From Sphingobacteriaceae bacterium (GTDB lineage Bacteria > Bacteroidota > Bacteroidia > Sphingobacteriales > Sphingobacteriaceae): a stretch of 64,000 nucleotides of DNA. The DNA lies in contig OZ260086.1 of NCBI GenBank assembly GCA_965284455.1, positions 1,728,686 through 1,792,685 of the forward strand. The letters run 5' to 3'. Shown here in pieces: positions 9,369 through 19,718 of the stretch (its first letter is position 1; each line of letters begins with the position of its first letter). The notes under the pieces are model-generated. The model did not search any database. It was not told the DNA's origin and was given only the letters and a program-made list of their open reading frames with translations. Both the position numbers and the translations under genes were made by a program.

Positions 9369-11618
9369 TTAATTTTTCAAATTAATAATAGTTTGATATT
9401 GTGGAACAGCTTTAACTGAAATAAAACTTGCTCCTTTGGTTTTAATTTCCTGCACCAGACCGGCTGGTACACCTGTAGTTTTATCGTCCCAATCTTTTAA
9501 ATTAAGGCTAAAGTTACCTTCTTTCCAAAACCTATTGAGACTAATTTGCCAGGTTTGGCCATTAAACAAGTTATCGGTTTTGATCGTCCCTTGCTGAATC
9601 AGGTCGCAGGCATTCCCCAGGTAATTTACATTTAAGATCACATCGTTTACATTTTTAGGCAGTGCAGGGTTCAAAGTAACTTCAGCTGTTTTATCGGTTG
9701 GATATTTTATAACAACCTGTGGTTTGTAAGCCGACGACTGCCATTTATAGGTATCGAAAAGCTTACTGCCCGACTTTATAGCATCTGTATTCAAAGCCTG
9801 CAGGCCTTTGGGATAAACCATCATATCGAACACAGGTTGGTTTAACTGTTGCAGGTTAAGCTGGTCTTTTTGCATTACAACATCGGCCTGGGTAATTAAA
9901 AGCGCCTCTTGTCCTTTCAATTGGGTTCGCCAGGCGTTTTCAGCCTGCATGGTGGTAATAAATACTATTTTGATGTGGTTTCCGCCTACATCGGTAAAGT
10001 TGCAATCGGTACGGCTACCGGCAGCCAACACTAAGTGATTACCGGTTTGCGTAACTCTCCAGCCGGCAATATCTTTACTTTTTAGCGTACAGCTATCGAG
10101 TGCCAACTGAGGGTTTACGCTATTCAAACACTTAAAAAACAAGGTAATATTTTTACCATTTACGAGTTTAGCGAAAGGCTGTGCAGTAGCATATTTAATT
10201 AAAGCCGAACCCACTTTTAAATTGAAAGGTAAAATCGCGGTGGTTTCTCCCTTAAGCAGTAGTGAAGGAAAATGAATGGTTTCATCGGGCAGATTAACCT
10301 GCATCGAAACCGTTTTGTCGGGCATACCGATACGTACCTGTGTATTACCTAAAAACAAAAAGCCGCTGTTGCCCTTAGCCCTGGCCACATATCTTAAATC
10401 GTTGGTATTTTTTTCGTCGCGTACCAGCTTTTCGGGCTCGTAAACCTGCATGGGTGCCAGTTCGGCACCAAAATCGTTAACAAAAGTATGCAGTACTTTT
10501 AATTGCTTGTACGAAGGTCTAAGTAAACCAAATTCATCAACCGGAGCCTGAAAATCGTAACTTTCAGGATGACCAGGTTCTTTTAAACCAGGTGTTTGTG
10601 TACCACCATGAAACATGTAATAGCCCACAAGATTCATCCCGCGGCCAATCTGGTTCTGCAAATGTGCTGCTATTACTTCTGGCGCTACTACAAAGCGGTT
10701 GCGGTAAGTCATTTGGCTGCCGGCACCCTGTTCGCATAATCCCCTGGGAAACTTATTTACATCGTAAAAAACTTTACCCAGTGCATCGGTCATAATCCAC
10801 TGATCGTTACCATAAAGAAAGTCTTTTGTGGCCATTCCGCCAGCCCTTTCCCATCCCCTGTACGCATAAGAGCCCTGTAAAGGAATTACCTCCATTTTGC
10901 TATCATCGAATACGGTATTGGCAGTTACACTCCAGTAAACCGGGTTAATTTGTGCTTTTTGGGCCATTGCTTTCAAGGTGCTAATGTGTGCAGCCTGCCC
11001 GCTGGCATATTCATTTTCCAGCTGAACCCCGATAACTGGTCCACCATCGGTAAAAAACAAGCCTTTGGTTTGCTGTGCAATTTGATTAAACAAAATGGCT
11101 GATGCTTTCAGGTATTCAGGATCGTTACTGCGGTGCCCTTTCAGGCATTGTATCCAATCGGGGAAACCGCCGTTTAACTGTTCCCCATGACTCCAGGGCC
11201 CGATCCGCAGCCACACATATAAGCCATGTTTCTGGCAAAGCTGAATAAATTGATGAAGATCGCGGTTTCCTGTCCAGTCCCATACCCCTTTCTCCTTCTC
11301 GTGCTCGTTCCAGAAAACGTAGGTAGCCACAATAGATAAGGCTGCGCTTTTCAGCTTTAAAATTTCTGTTTCCCAGTCTGCGGGCCTTACACGGTTATAG
11401 TGTAGTTCGCCCATCACCGGAAACCAGGGTTGATTGTTTTTAGTGAAGTATTGACTGTTTACACCTAGCTGGGTGCCTGCGGGGTTTATTCCCGACATTT
11501 GAATAGGGTTCCGTTCTGGTACAGGTTTGTTTTTAATATCAATCTGATAAACCTGGGCATGTAAAACCGATATTAAAAATACCAGCAGGCCCAATAAAAG
11601 TATTTTTACCTTAATCAT
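9369..11618 (-). CDS. GH35 beta-galactosidase
   Basis: Signal peptide; GELHYNR, TYVFWNEHE, LRIGPW, VQLENEY, YYMFHGG and YDFQAP motifs. Confidence 0.9.
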   Translation of the reverse strand: MIKVKILLLGLLVFLISVLHAQVYQIDIKNKPVPERNPIQMSGINPAGTQLGVNSQYFTKNNQPWFPVMGELHYNRVRPADWETEILKLKSAALSIVATYVFWNEHEKEKGVWDWTGNRDLHQFIQLCQKHGLYVWLRIGPWSHGEQLNGGFPDWIQCLKGHRSNDPEYLKASAILFNQIAQQTKGLFFTDGGPVIGVQLENEYASGQAAHISTLKAMAQKAQINPVYWSVTANTVFDDSKMEVIPLQGSYAYRGWERAGGMATKDFLYGNDQWIMTDALGKVFYDVNKFPRGLCEQGAGSQMTYRNRFVVAPEVIAAHLQNQIGRGMNLVGYYMFHGGTQTPGLKEPGHPESYDFQAPVDEFGLLRPSYKQLKVLHTFVNDFGAELAPMQVYEPEKLVRDEKNTNDLRYVARAKGNSGFLFLGNTQVRIGMPDKTVSMQVNLPDETIHFPSLLLKGETTAILPFNLKVGSALIKYATAQPFAKLVNGKNITLFFKCLNSVNPQLALDSCTLKSKDIAGWRVTQTGNHLVLAAGSRTDCNFTDVGGNHIKIVFITTMQAENAWRTQLKGQEALLITQADVVMQKDQLNLQQLNQPVFDMMVYPKGLQALNTDAIKSGSKLFDTYKWQSSAYKPQVVIKYPTDKTAEVTLNPALPKNVNDVILNVNYLGNACDLIQQGTIKTDNLFNGQTWQISLNRFWKEGNFSLNLKDWDDKTTGVPAGLVQEIKTKGASFISVKAVPQYQTIINLKN

Positions 11619-11649
11619 CTTAATTCATTTCAAATGTGTGTGTGAAAAA

Positions 11650-11676
11650 AGAGCCGTTAAAATTTTTAACGGCTCT
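11650..11676 (-). terminator. Intra-PUL hairpin, probable terminator/attenuator between lipoprotein and GH35
   Basis: AGAGCCGTTAAAA-T-TTTTAACGGCTCT followed by a U-run on the minus strand. Confidence 0.65.
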
Positions 11677-11692
11677 AAACTAACTTAACTAA

Positions 11693-12172
11693 CTAATTAT
11701 TTGTAAACGAGGTTATATTAATGGTCCACACCCTGTTTGCGCCATTTGCTGCAGTTACCACATATTTAAGTGGCTTTGTTGCATCTGTAGGGTCGCCAAG
11801 CGTTGGTGTTCCTCCTGTTGGAGAAATGCTTGCTGCTGTTGAGATATTCATGTAAAACCACAGTTTACTTTGCAGTACTTTGGCTTTCTCGGCAGCAGTA
11901 AACTGGCCACTGGCAGCAGGCACAGTTATCTGTACATTTATTGTCGAATTTGCCTGATCTACCTGTTGCGCCAGTCCCAGTTTTTGATAAGCTACAATGG
12001 GTTGTCCGTTCATCGTTTGTGTACCATTAAAACGGTGTTCAACATTTACCAGTGTAATTTCATTGGTATCAAATACAGGGTAATCAGTTAGTCCCTTTTT
12101 TAAACAAGAAGACAATAAACCCAATGATAAGATCATCATCAGTAAGGATATATGTTTTATTTTTAGTTTCAT
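11693..12172 (-). CDS. PUL surface lipoprotein (DUF5018-like), start likely 12172
   Basis: Lipobox LLSSC; C-terminal YVVTAANGANRVWTI Ig-like motif; directly downstream of SusD. Confidence 0.75.
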   Translation of the reverse strand: MKLKIKHISLLMMILSLGLLSSCLKKGLTDYPVFDTNEITLVNVEHRFNGTQTMNGQPIVAYQKLGLAQQVDQANSTINVQITVPAASGQFTAAEKAKVLQSKLWFYMNISTAASISPTGGTPTLGDPTDATKPLKYVVTAANGANRVWTINITSFTNN

Positions 12173-12188
12173 GATTTTTACTTTAAGG

Positions 12189-14081
12189 TTACCATCCTGG
12201 ATTTTGGGGACCGAACTTGGCATTATTATCTATGTAGCCTTGTGCAATCGGGAAAAGGTATCTTCTGGAAGCGTCGAATTTTCTATTATTATATTGATTG
12301 TTAAATGGTCCGGTTACTACTGAGAAAGATTTACCGTCTTTAGACAGGTCCATTACACGAATGGGTTCGGTTAACTCGCTAATCGACTGTCCGGAAGCCA
12401 GGCCATTGTTTGCATCGCCGCCAAACCTGCCCCAGCGTAACAGACTATAGTAATGATCGTTTTCTTCTGCAAGTTCTACCCTTCTTTCTATCTTATAATC
12501 TTTCCAGGCAAGAGTTGTTGTACCTGCTGCTGAAGCCGGAAGCTTACCATGTAAAACTCTGGTTTTGTTTAAGTTTAGAAGAGCATTGGCTATGTCTCCT
12601 TTAAGTAAATACGCTTCGGCAAGGTTTAAGTATATTCTGCCTAACCGCATACAAATCCAATGGTAATCTGTATTAACACTATTCAGGTAACTTGGTGCGA
12701 TATTGGTATATAATCCTTTACGCCAGTACATGTTACTTAAGCTGGTTTCGTATCCACCACCATTAATAGTACCCAAAAACCTGCCCGAATTACCTTTTAA
12801 GCTCGTAGTAAATAATTCTCCGTAAAATGTATTTTGGTCGCTAATGATAGAAGCTTTCCAGCGTGCATCCCTATTCTCATTGGTTAAGGTTAACATGGTT
12901 TCGGTACTTCCGGGTTTAATGCGTCCCATTTTTACCAGCACATCATTATTCAGTTTAGCGGTTTTATCATCAGGAAATCCGGATTTAGCGAAAGGCGCAA
13001 TTACATTCACGCTTTCATCAACAGCATTAAGATATTGTGATGTTTGGTTCCAGGGAACAACTTTTGTTGGGTCGGCCTTATCAACTGTTAAATAATCGTC
13101 GGTAAAGTTTTGCGTAGGAAAGTTCTCAGGCCAAACTTCAAAAGGCACTGGTTTGTTAAACAAAGGTGAGCCGCCAAATTGCGTAATTGTTTCTGGTTTA
13201 ATATTGGGCAGTTGATGTTGCATTGGCGTACTACTCAAAGAAGTATTAATCGCTTTTCTGTATACAGCGAAAATAATTTCGTTTGATGTACTTTTGGTTT
13301 CGTTAAACATGCCTTCGTAATCCGTATCCAGTGCATAGCCGCCACTAATTACCAATTGGGCATTGGTTATAACTTTATCAAGCAATGGATCGCTGGCAGC
13401 AACATTTGGTGCTGCCGGGTAATTCTTGTATGCCAAAGCCTGTAAACAAACCTCAGTTAAAAACGCTGCTGCTACATATTTATTGGTCCTTCCTGATACT
13501 TTGGTGGCTGGTAAATCAGCAACTGCATCTTCGAGATCTTTAATGATATAGCTGTAACTTTCGGTAGGGTTTGCCGTACTTGGTAATTTAAGCTCATCAT
13601 TTTCGGTTAAAACCTTATCTATCCAAACAATGCGGCCTGTTTTTCTGGCAATACTGAAGTAAGACATGGCCCTTAGAAATTTGGCTTCCGCAATTAGTGT
13701 TTTTTTATCTGCATCTGCAATACCTACCGATTCGGTTACATTTTTAATAATTACATTGCATCGGCGAACAGATGCCCAGTTATTGAAACCATAATCGCTC
13801 CTATTGGTTAAAGTTTCAGTAAAAACCGGGAGTGCATCGCTTGCACCACCATAAGCACCGATAATATTTGCAGTATAAGTATCTTCAGCACCTTTAAGGC
13901 CGCATGTGTAAGCGTTCATAATACCATAAGTGCCATAAATAAAAGTTTCGGCATTGGCCTTGCTACTCCACACCACATCCGGGCTGATTAAACTTAAAGG
14001 TTCTGCATCCAACACTTTTTTACATGAGCCTAATACCAGCAAACCAGTAAAAACTCCAATTATTGTTATAATTTTTTTCAT
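12189..14081 (-). CDS. SusD/RagB family nutrient-binding lipoprotein
   Basis: Lipobox LGSC; AEAKFLRAMSYF, ERRVELAEE, LLRWG and C-terminal QNPGW motifs. Confidence 0.93.
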   Translation of the reverse strand: MKKIITIIGVFTGLLVLGSCKKVLDAEPLSLISPDVVWSSKANAETFIYGTYGIMNAYTCGLKGAEDTYTANIIGAYGGASDALPVFTETLTNRSDYGFNNWASVRRCNVIIKNVTESVGIADADKKTLIAEAKFLRAMSYFSIARKTGRIVWIDKVLTENDELKLPSTANPTESYSYIIKDLEDAVADLPATKVSGRTNKYVAAAFLTEVCLQALAYKNYPAAPNVAASDPLLDKVITNAQLVISGGYALDTDYEGMFNETKSTSNEIIFAVYRKAINTSLSSTPMQHQLPNIKPETITQFGGSPLFNKPVPFEVWPENFPTQNFTDDYLTVDKADPTKVVPWNQTSQYLNAVDESVNVIAPFAKSGFPDDKTAKLNNDVLVKMGRIKPGSTETMLTLTNENRDARWKASIISDQNTFYGELFTTSLKGNSGRFLGTINGGGYETSLSNMYWRKGLYTNIAPSYLNSVNTDYHWICMRLGRIYLNLAEAYLLKGDIANALLNLNKTRVLHGKLPASAAGTTTLAWKDYKIERRVELAEENDHYYSLLRWGRFGGDANNGLASGQSISELTEPIRVMDLSKDGKSFSVVTGPFNNQYNNRKFDASRRYLFPIAQGYIDNNAKFGPQNPGW

Positions 14082-14098
14082 GATTTTTAATAGTTTAA

Positions 14099-17000
14099 TT
14101 AGAAACCTACACTTAAACCCAATGCAATTGTGCGCTGAACAGGATAATTGTAATTATTGGTATCTGATTCCGGATCAATAAAATATTTCTGGCTTTTTGC
14201 CGAGGTTAATAAATTCGTACCCGACGCAAATAACCTCAGACTTTGAAATGGCGATTTTTTTAATAGGCCTTGTTTAAAATCATAACCCAACTGCACATAT
14301 TTTAGCCGTACATATTTAGATTGAATTAACCAAAAATCACTTCCCCTCGAACTGTTACTTCCATTAACCGCATCGCCACTAATTGCCCTTGGAAAAATAG
14401 CATCGGTGTTGTCTGGTCGCCAATAATCATTTTGAAAATCATAAACGAGTAGATTTTGCCCGCTTACACCCTGAATTACATCTCCGATATAGCGATCTCT
14501 GTTACCTGCTCCCTGTACAACGGCATTTAAAGAGAATCCTTTGTAAGCCAGATCGACCGTAATACCATAATTGGTTCGCGGGGTTGTATTGCTACCTATT
14601 CTTCTAAAATCATCACCATTAAGTTGCCCATCTCCATTTAAATCAAGATATCTTAAATCGCCGGCCCCTACATTAATGGAAGTGATGCGACGAGCGCCGG
14701 TTAACAACTGGCTGTTATCGGTATAAAATCCATCATTTAAATAGCCAGTTTGTAGAAAACTACCCGTTGTATTGGTTGTTCTGGTATATGGGTTTTTCAA
14801 TGTAGCATCATCATCTGCTGCCGAGCGTTCTGTTAGCGAATTAAATCGGGTAAAATTGACACCGATTTTATAAGTCAGATCGCCGATGTTACTAGCCCAG
14901 TTTACATTAAAATCAAAGCCTTCGGTGCGGGTCGCACCTTCGGTAAAGTTTATTTGTGGCAAACCAATACCTAGTGTTTGTGCAAAACGTGGATCGCTGG
15001 TTACAAATCCCGTTCTACGGGTATAAAAATAATCGAAGGTGGCATTTAACCTATTATTCAGGGTTCCAAATTCCAAGGCTAAATCTCTGTTACCAATAGT
15101 TTGCCATGAATAAGTGTTACTTGGCAAACTACCAGGTTCTGATGTACCCTGAACCATATTTCCGTTAACTACATAAGCCTGTGCATTAATACCGTAAGCA
15201 GGTACATATCCGAATGCGCCAACGCCCGTTTTATCGCCCAATACGCCATAAGACCCTCTTAGTTTTAAAAAGTCTAAAATGTGCTTTTCTTTTAACGATT
15301 TCATAAATGGTTCATCAGAAATGATATAATTTCCTGATACAGCGTAAAAAGTACCCCATTGCTTGCCTGGCACAAAAAGATAGTCGCCATCTCTTCTAAC
15401 AGATCCTTCTACTGAATACCTCGATTTGTAGGTGTAGGTTAGCCTACCCAATAATGCTGCCCTTGCTGCTTCGCTTTCTCCACCACCTACAGTTTGGTTT
15501 AGCGCGGGCCCGGCTACTAACTGATCAAAAATGATTTGATAACCTACCCTACTTCCATTAACCGACGAGGCTTCGTCTCGCTGACGTTCTGCTACCCCGG
15601 TAAAATCAATACTATGATCGCCAAATGTTTTATTGTAAAGCACATAACCTTGCAACGTTAATGTACTTCCCTGTCCTTGCGATACGCTTAAACCTGGTGC
15701 ATTACCAAATATTGGCGTTGTGCTGTTTAAATTATAGGCCGGTGCAAGATAATTCCAGCTTTTACCAACGTTATTGTATGTAGTATAAGCACCATTAAAT
15801 TTAAATCTCAAACCATCTAAAAAGTGAGCTGCATATTCTAAACCCAAATTGGTATTTAAAATTTTAGCAAAACCTTTATTATATCCTGATTTCGCATCCA
15901 ACTCCCTTACCGGATTATCTGACTGAGTGGTGGGCAGGCCAAATTCATTAACCGCCAATTGCTCTGGTGTTCTATTTTGAATGTGGCTATATATATTTCC
16001 ATAACCTGCGCCAGGCTGAGTATTGCTTTCTATAAAACCATCTAAACCCGCTGTAACCTTTAGATTTATATTTTCAAACTCGCTGGTTGTATTTAAACGG
16101 TAAGTAGTACGTTTGTTGTAGTTGTTGTCGGTTTTTAAAATACTTCCCTGATCGTAATAAGAAAGTCCGGCATAATAGGTTAACTTCTTAGTACCCGATG
16201 TAACTGCTAAATCGTGGCGCATCTCTGGTGCAAAATTTTTCATGGTTAATTCCTGCCAATCGGTATTGGGGAAATTAAAAGGATCGGAACCAGTACGCAA
16301 TTTTTCTAACTCAGCATCCGTCCTAAACGGTGTTCTACCCTCTGCTGCATACACCTTGTTTTTTGCAAGCGCTTGTTCGTAAGAACTAAGTTTTTCGGGA
16401 AATAAGGTAGGCTGGGAAAATATTTGATTATAGGCATAATTAATTTTAATTACCCCTTCTCTACCTCTTTTCGTTGTAACAAGTACTACTCCATTTGCAC
16501 CCTGGTTACCGTATAAAGCAGTAGCACCGGCATCTTTTAAAATCGAATAACTTTCAATATCGTTGGGGTTAAGATTAGAAAAATCGTTAGCCGAACGTAC
16601 AATATTATCAATTACAAAAATTGGACTCTGCCCCCGAATTAAAATACCACTTTTAGTACCTGGTGCCCCGTTACTTGTTGTCACGATTATGCCCGGTACC
16701 CTACCTGCCACCGCATCATTAATAGATTGTACCGGCAAAGGCGCTACATTGGTCATATCTAAAGTACTGATGGCACTTGTAGTTTTACGCTTGGTTGTTG
16801 TGCCATAAGCTTGCACCACCACTTCGTCCAGACTATTATCGTCAGGCATTAAAGTAACTACCATCGAAGTTTTAGCAGATACCTCCAGGGTTTTATATCC
16901 TATCATCGAAAATATGATAGTTGCATTATCCGGTACTTTTAGGGTAAAACCGCCGTTACCATCGGTAGAAGTGCCTATTCCTTTTATACCTTTCACCGAT

Positions 17001-17440
17001 ACAGAAACACCTGGAAGCGCTACACCTGTAGAATCCCGTACTGTTCCCTTAATAACGATATCCTGATTAGCTTGTCCGGCTTGTAAAATAGTAATGAGGT
17101 TGTTCTGTTGAACATTAAAATTGAGTGATGTGCCTGACAGTAAAACACGCATCACCTCTTCCAGTGAGGCTTGCTTAGTTTTGATATTGATTAATTTATT
17201 AAACGGCCCCTCTGTTGGGCTATACACAAAACGATAACCACTTTGTTTTTCAATAGTTTGTAAGGCCTTTTCGAGCTTGATATTTTTAAGATCCAGCGTA
17301 AGTTTTTCTTGCGAAAAGACCTTTGCAGAAACATTCAGGCATGTAATAAAGACTAGTAAAAATGCAATCTTCATTTGAATAATGATTTTAGAAAGCAGCC
17401 TGAGCCATGGCGAGGCTTGACTAATGTAAATTTTAATCAT
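14099..17440 (-). CDS. SusC/RagA TonB-dependent transporter with N-terminal STN signalling extension
   Basis: STN domain (KALQTIEKQSGYRF), LKDAGATALYG and NGVVLVTTKRG plug motifs, C-terminal F. Confidence 0.95.
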   Translation of the reverse strand: MIKIYISQASPWLRLLSKIIIQMKIAFLLVFITCLNVSAKVFSQEKLTLDLKNIKLEKALQTIEKQSGYRFVYSPTEGPFNKLINIKTKQASLEEVMRVLLSGTSLNFNVQQNNLITILQAGQANQDIVIKGTVRDSTGVALPGVSVSVKGIKGIGTSTDGNGGFTLKVPDNATIIFSMIGYKTLEVSAKTSMVVTLMPDDNSLDEVVVQAYGTTTKRKTTSAISTLDMTNVAPLPVQSINDAVAGRVPGIIVTTSNGAPGTKSGILIRGQSPIFVIDNIVRSANDFSNLNPNDIESYSILKDAGATALYGNQGANGVVLVTTKRGREGVIKINYAYNQIFSQPTLFPEKLSSYEQALAKNKVYAAEGRTPFRTDAELEKLRTGSDPFNFPNTDWQELTMKNFAPEMRHDLAVTSGTKKLTYYAGLSYYDQGSILKTDNNYNKRTTYRLNTTSEFENINLKVTAGLDGFIESNTQPGAGYGNIYSHIQNRTPEQLAVNEFGLPTTQSDNPVRELDAKSGYNKGFAKILNTNLGLEYAAHFLDGLRFKFNGAYTTYNNVGKSWNYLAPAYNLNSTTPIFGNAPGLSVSQGQGSTLTLQGYVLYNKTFGDHSIDFTGVAERQRDEASSVNGSRVGYQIIFDQLVAGPALNQTVGGGESEAARAALLGRLTYTYKSRYSVEGSVRRDGDYLFVPGKQWGTFYAVSGNYIISDEPFMKSLKEKHILDFLKLRGSYGVLGDKTGVGAFGYVPAYGINAQAYVVNGNMVQGTSEPGSLPSNTYSWQTIGNRDLALEFGTLNNRLNATFDYFYTRRTGFVTSDPRFAQTLGIGLPQINFTEGATRTEGFDFNVNWASNIGDLTYKIGVNFTRFNSLTERSAADDDATLKNPYTRTTNTTGSFLQTGYLNDGFYTDNSQLLTGARRITSINVGAGDLRYLDLNGDGQLNGDDFRRIGSNTTPRTNYGITVDLAYKGFSLNAVVQGAGNRDRYIGDVIQGVSGQNLLVYDFQNDYWRPDNTDAIFPRAISGDAVNGSNSSRGSDFWLIQSKYVRLKYVQLGYDFKQGLLKKSPFQSLRLFASGTNLLTSAKSQKYFIDPESDTNNYNYPVQRTIALGLSVGF

Positions 17441-17588
17441 ATTTTTGTTTTTTGATTGGTTTATTTGGGGCTACGCATTTCCAGTGAGGAACCCCAGATT
17501 AGAAAAAAGATCAAAAAAATTCATTGGGGAATGTGTTCGAGCACTTCCCCTTTTTCTTTTTGATACAGGTTTATTTTGGTTAGTTTGT

Positions 17589-18641
17589 TTATTTGGTTAT
17601 CGTAATGTGCTCTCCTTTCTGTTTAAAATTAAAATGTTTAACCTGTTGCAAATTGTGCAGTACTGTTAGGATGTCTTCGTTTTTGAAGTTTGCGGTGTAA
17701 ACATATTCCGCTACTTCGTTATCTTTAAATTCGATAGTTACATTAAACCAGCGCTCGAGCCGTTCTTTAATCTCTTCAAAATTGTTGTTTACAAAAATGA
17801 TATCATTATTGGTCCATGCCGATTCTACCACCTGCTTGTTCATTAAAGTAAGGTTATTGACTTCAATTTTAGGTAGCCTGTCCTGATGCTCTTTAGTTAA
17901 TTGACCCGGATCAATCTGTGCCATTAACATGTGATAGGTTATTTTTTGACCAGCTTTAAGGATAATGGTATTTTTGTTTAAACCGGTATTGTCTTCAAGC
18001 TTAATGGTACCGCGTACCAGGGTTGCCGCCGATTCGTTCTCATTGGCATAACTTTTCACATTAAAAGCAGTACCCAATACGGTAATCTTAAAATCTTTGG
18101 TATGCACCAAGAAGGGTTTGGCCGCATCGTGTTTTACATCAAAATAAGCTTCGCCGCTTAGCTTAACGTTTCTGTCTTTTTGATCGAAATTATCTCCAAG
18201 TTCAATTTTACTATCGGCATTAAGGTATACTAAAGTACCATCAGGCAAGGTAATTTTCTTCTTCTCTCCTTTTTTAGCTGTAAAATTTTCGGCATAATGC
18301 AAATTGTTATTGGGTTGCTTATAAACGATGTACATTAAGCCTAAAAACAATACGACCAAAACAGAAGCAGCAATAGCATAATGTACAGGCCTGAATCTTT
18401 TAACTTTAGTTACAGGTGTTATCTGGTTAGTGAGGTAATCTAGCTGTTTATTAACTGGTTTTAAATTACCACTTAAAAGCTGGTATAATTTTTTGGCTGC
18501 GTATACTGTTTTATGTTTTTCGGGATGTTTGTCCATCCATGTTTCCCAAAAAACCACGCATTTTTCATTGCTACCTTCACAATATTGCTTAAAGGTATCA
18601 TCCATTAAAAAATCTTCAGGATACTTATATTCATCAACCAT
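17589..18641 (-). CDS. FecR family anti-sigma factor
   Basis: LPDGTLVYLNADS, GEAYFDV, VLGTAFNV and LERWFNV motifs; one TM segment. Confidence 0.93.
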   Translation of the reverse strand: MVDEYKYPEDFLMDDTFKQYCEGSNEKCVVFWETWMDKHPEKHKTVYAAKKLYQLLSGNLKPVNKQLDYLTNQITPVTKVKRFRPVHYAIAASVLVVLFLGLMYIVYKQPNNNLHYAENFTAKKGEKKKITLPDGTLVYLNADSKIELGDNFDQKDRNVKLSGEAYFDVKHDAAKPFLVHTKDFKITVLGTAFNVKSYANENESAATLVRGTIKLEDNTGLNKNTIILKAGQKITYHMLMAQIDPGQLTKEHQDRLPKIEVNNLTLMNKQVVESAWTNNDIIFVNNNFEEIKERLERWFNVTIEFKDNEVAEYVYTANFKNEDILTVLHNLQQVKHFNFKQKGEHITITK

Positions 18642-18803
18642 GGAACGGGCTTTTTAATACCAGTGCACGAAAGGTGATTTTTTTACCAAGGATTTTTTAC
18701 TTTTTTTTAATTTATTTTATAAATATGCCTGAACAGGCTAGTATTGATGTTTTTGAAGGAGAAAGTGAGTGCGAAAATGAATGAATGAGTGAGTGAATTT
18801 CGG

Positions 18804-19382
18804 CTAAAATTTAAGCTGGGTTCTCAAAAATTTTAATGCACAATAAATGGTATTATAGGCTGTTCTAACGGTTAATTGTGTTCTTTTGGCCACATCTTCA
18901 TAGCTCAAACCATCGTAAAACCGCAATTGAATTAATTTCCGCTGCTGAGGGGTTAGTTTTTCGAGTGCAGCAAGTAAACTGTTTTTTACCAGCTCATCGG
19001 ATTGGATTTTTACGATTAACTCTTCATAGGGCATTTCAAGCAATGCCTCATCTTCAGTCACAATTACTGAAATGGCTTTATTCAAACGTTGCTCATGTGC
19101 AATCCGTTTTAAAATTTTCCGTTTTAAAATAGTACGGAGATAGGATTCAACCTGCTCTACCCTTGGAAGATTATCGTGTTTCTCCCAAAGTTCGAGAAAC
19201 ACCTGGTTCAATGTATCGGTAACCATTTCAGAATCGCCGTAAACACGCAGACCGAATCCGGCTAAATTCCTGTAAAGCCCCTTGTACAGATTTAGAAAGG
19301 CATCTTTCTCTCCCATGCACATGGCCTCCCACCACAGCGTATGGAGGGTGCTCTTATCGTCAGGGAAATTATGCTTGCTCAT
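18804..19382 (-). CDS. ECF sigma-70 factor
   Basis: Region 2 (DTLNQVFLELWE) and region 4 (LTPQQRKLIQLRFYDGLSYEDVA); upstream of fecR. Confidence 0.92.
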   Translation of the reverse strand: MSKHNFPDDKSTLHTLWWEAMCMGEKDAFLNLYKGLYRNLAGFGLRVYGDSEMVTDTLNQVFLELWEKHDNLPRVEQVESYLRTILKRKILKRIAHEQRLNKAISVIVTEDEALLEMPYEELIVKIQSDELVKNSLLAALEKLTPQQRKLIQLRFYDGLSYEDVAKRTQLTVRTAYNTIYCALKFLRTQLKF

Positions 19383-19678
19383 GATAAATTTTACACCAGT
19401 TCTTTCCCTTTACCGGACTTGAAATTCTTGTATTAGGATACTTTTGAAAAAATATAATCATTAAATCATTTAAGCAGCACACGATTTCAGGGGTATGGTA
19501 TCGTATTGCATTTATTTGGTTTAGGGTGAATTAGTTGGCACCAAGTTACAGGTTAATATCGAAATACCATTATTTTTTCTGAAGTTCCAATCTGGACAAG
19601 TAGTTTTCAGGAAAGCAGAAATGTATGGAAAGTGATTTGAGGATGCCAATAGTAAACAGCTGGAATATCATAAAAAGC

Positions 19679-19718
19679 AAAACGGGGACTTTCTTCTTTC
19701 GATTAAGTTCCCCGTTTT
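19679..19718 (-). terminator. Intrinsic terminator-like hairpin with no annotated gene upstream on its strand
   Basis: AAAACGGGGA...TCCCCGTTTT 10-bp arms; on the minus strand followed by TTTTGCTTTTT. Confidence 0.65.
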
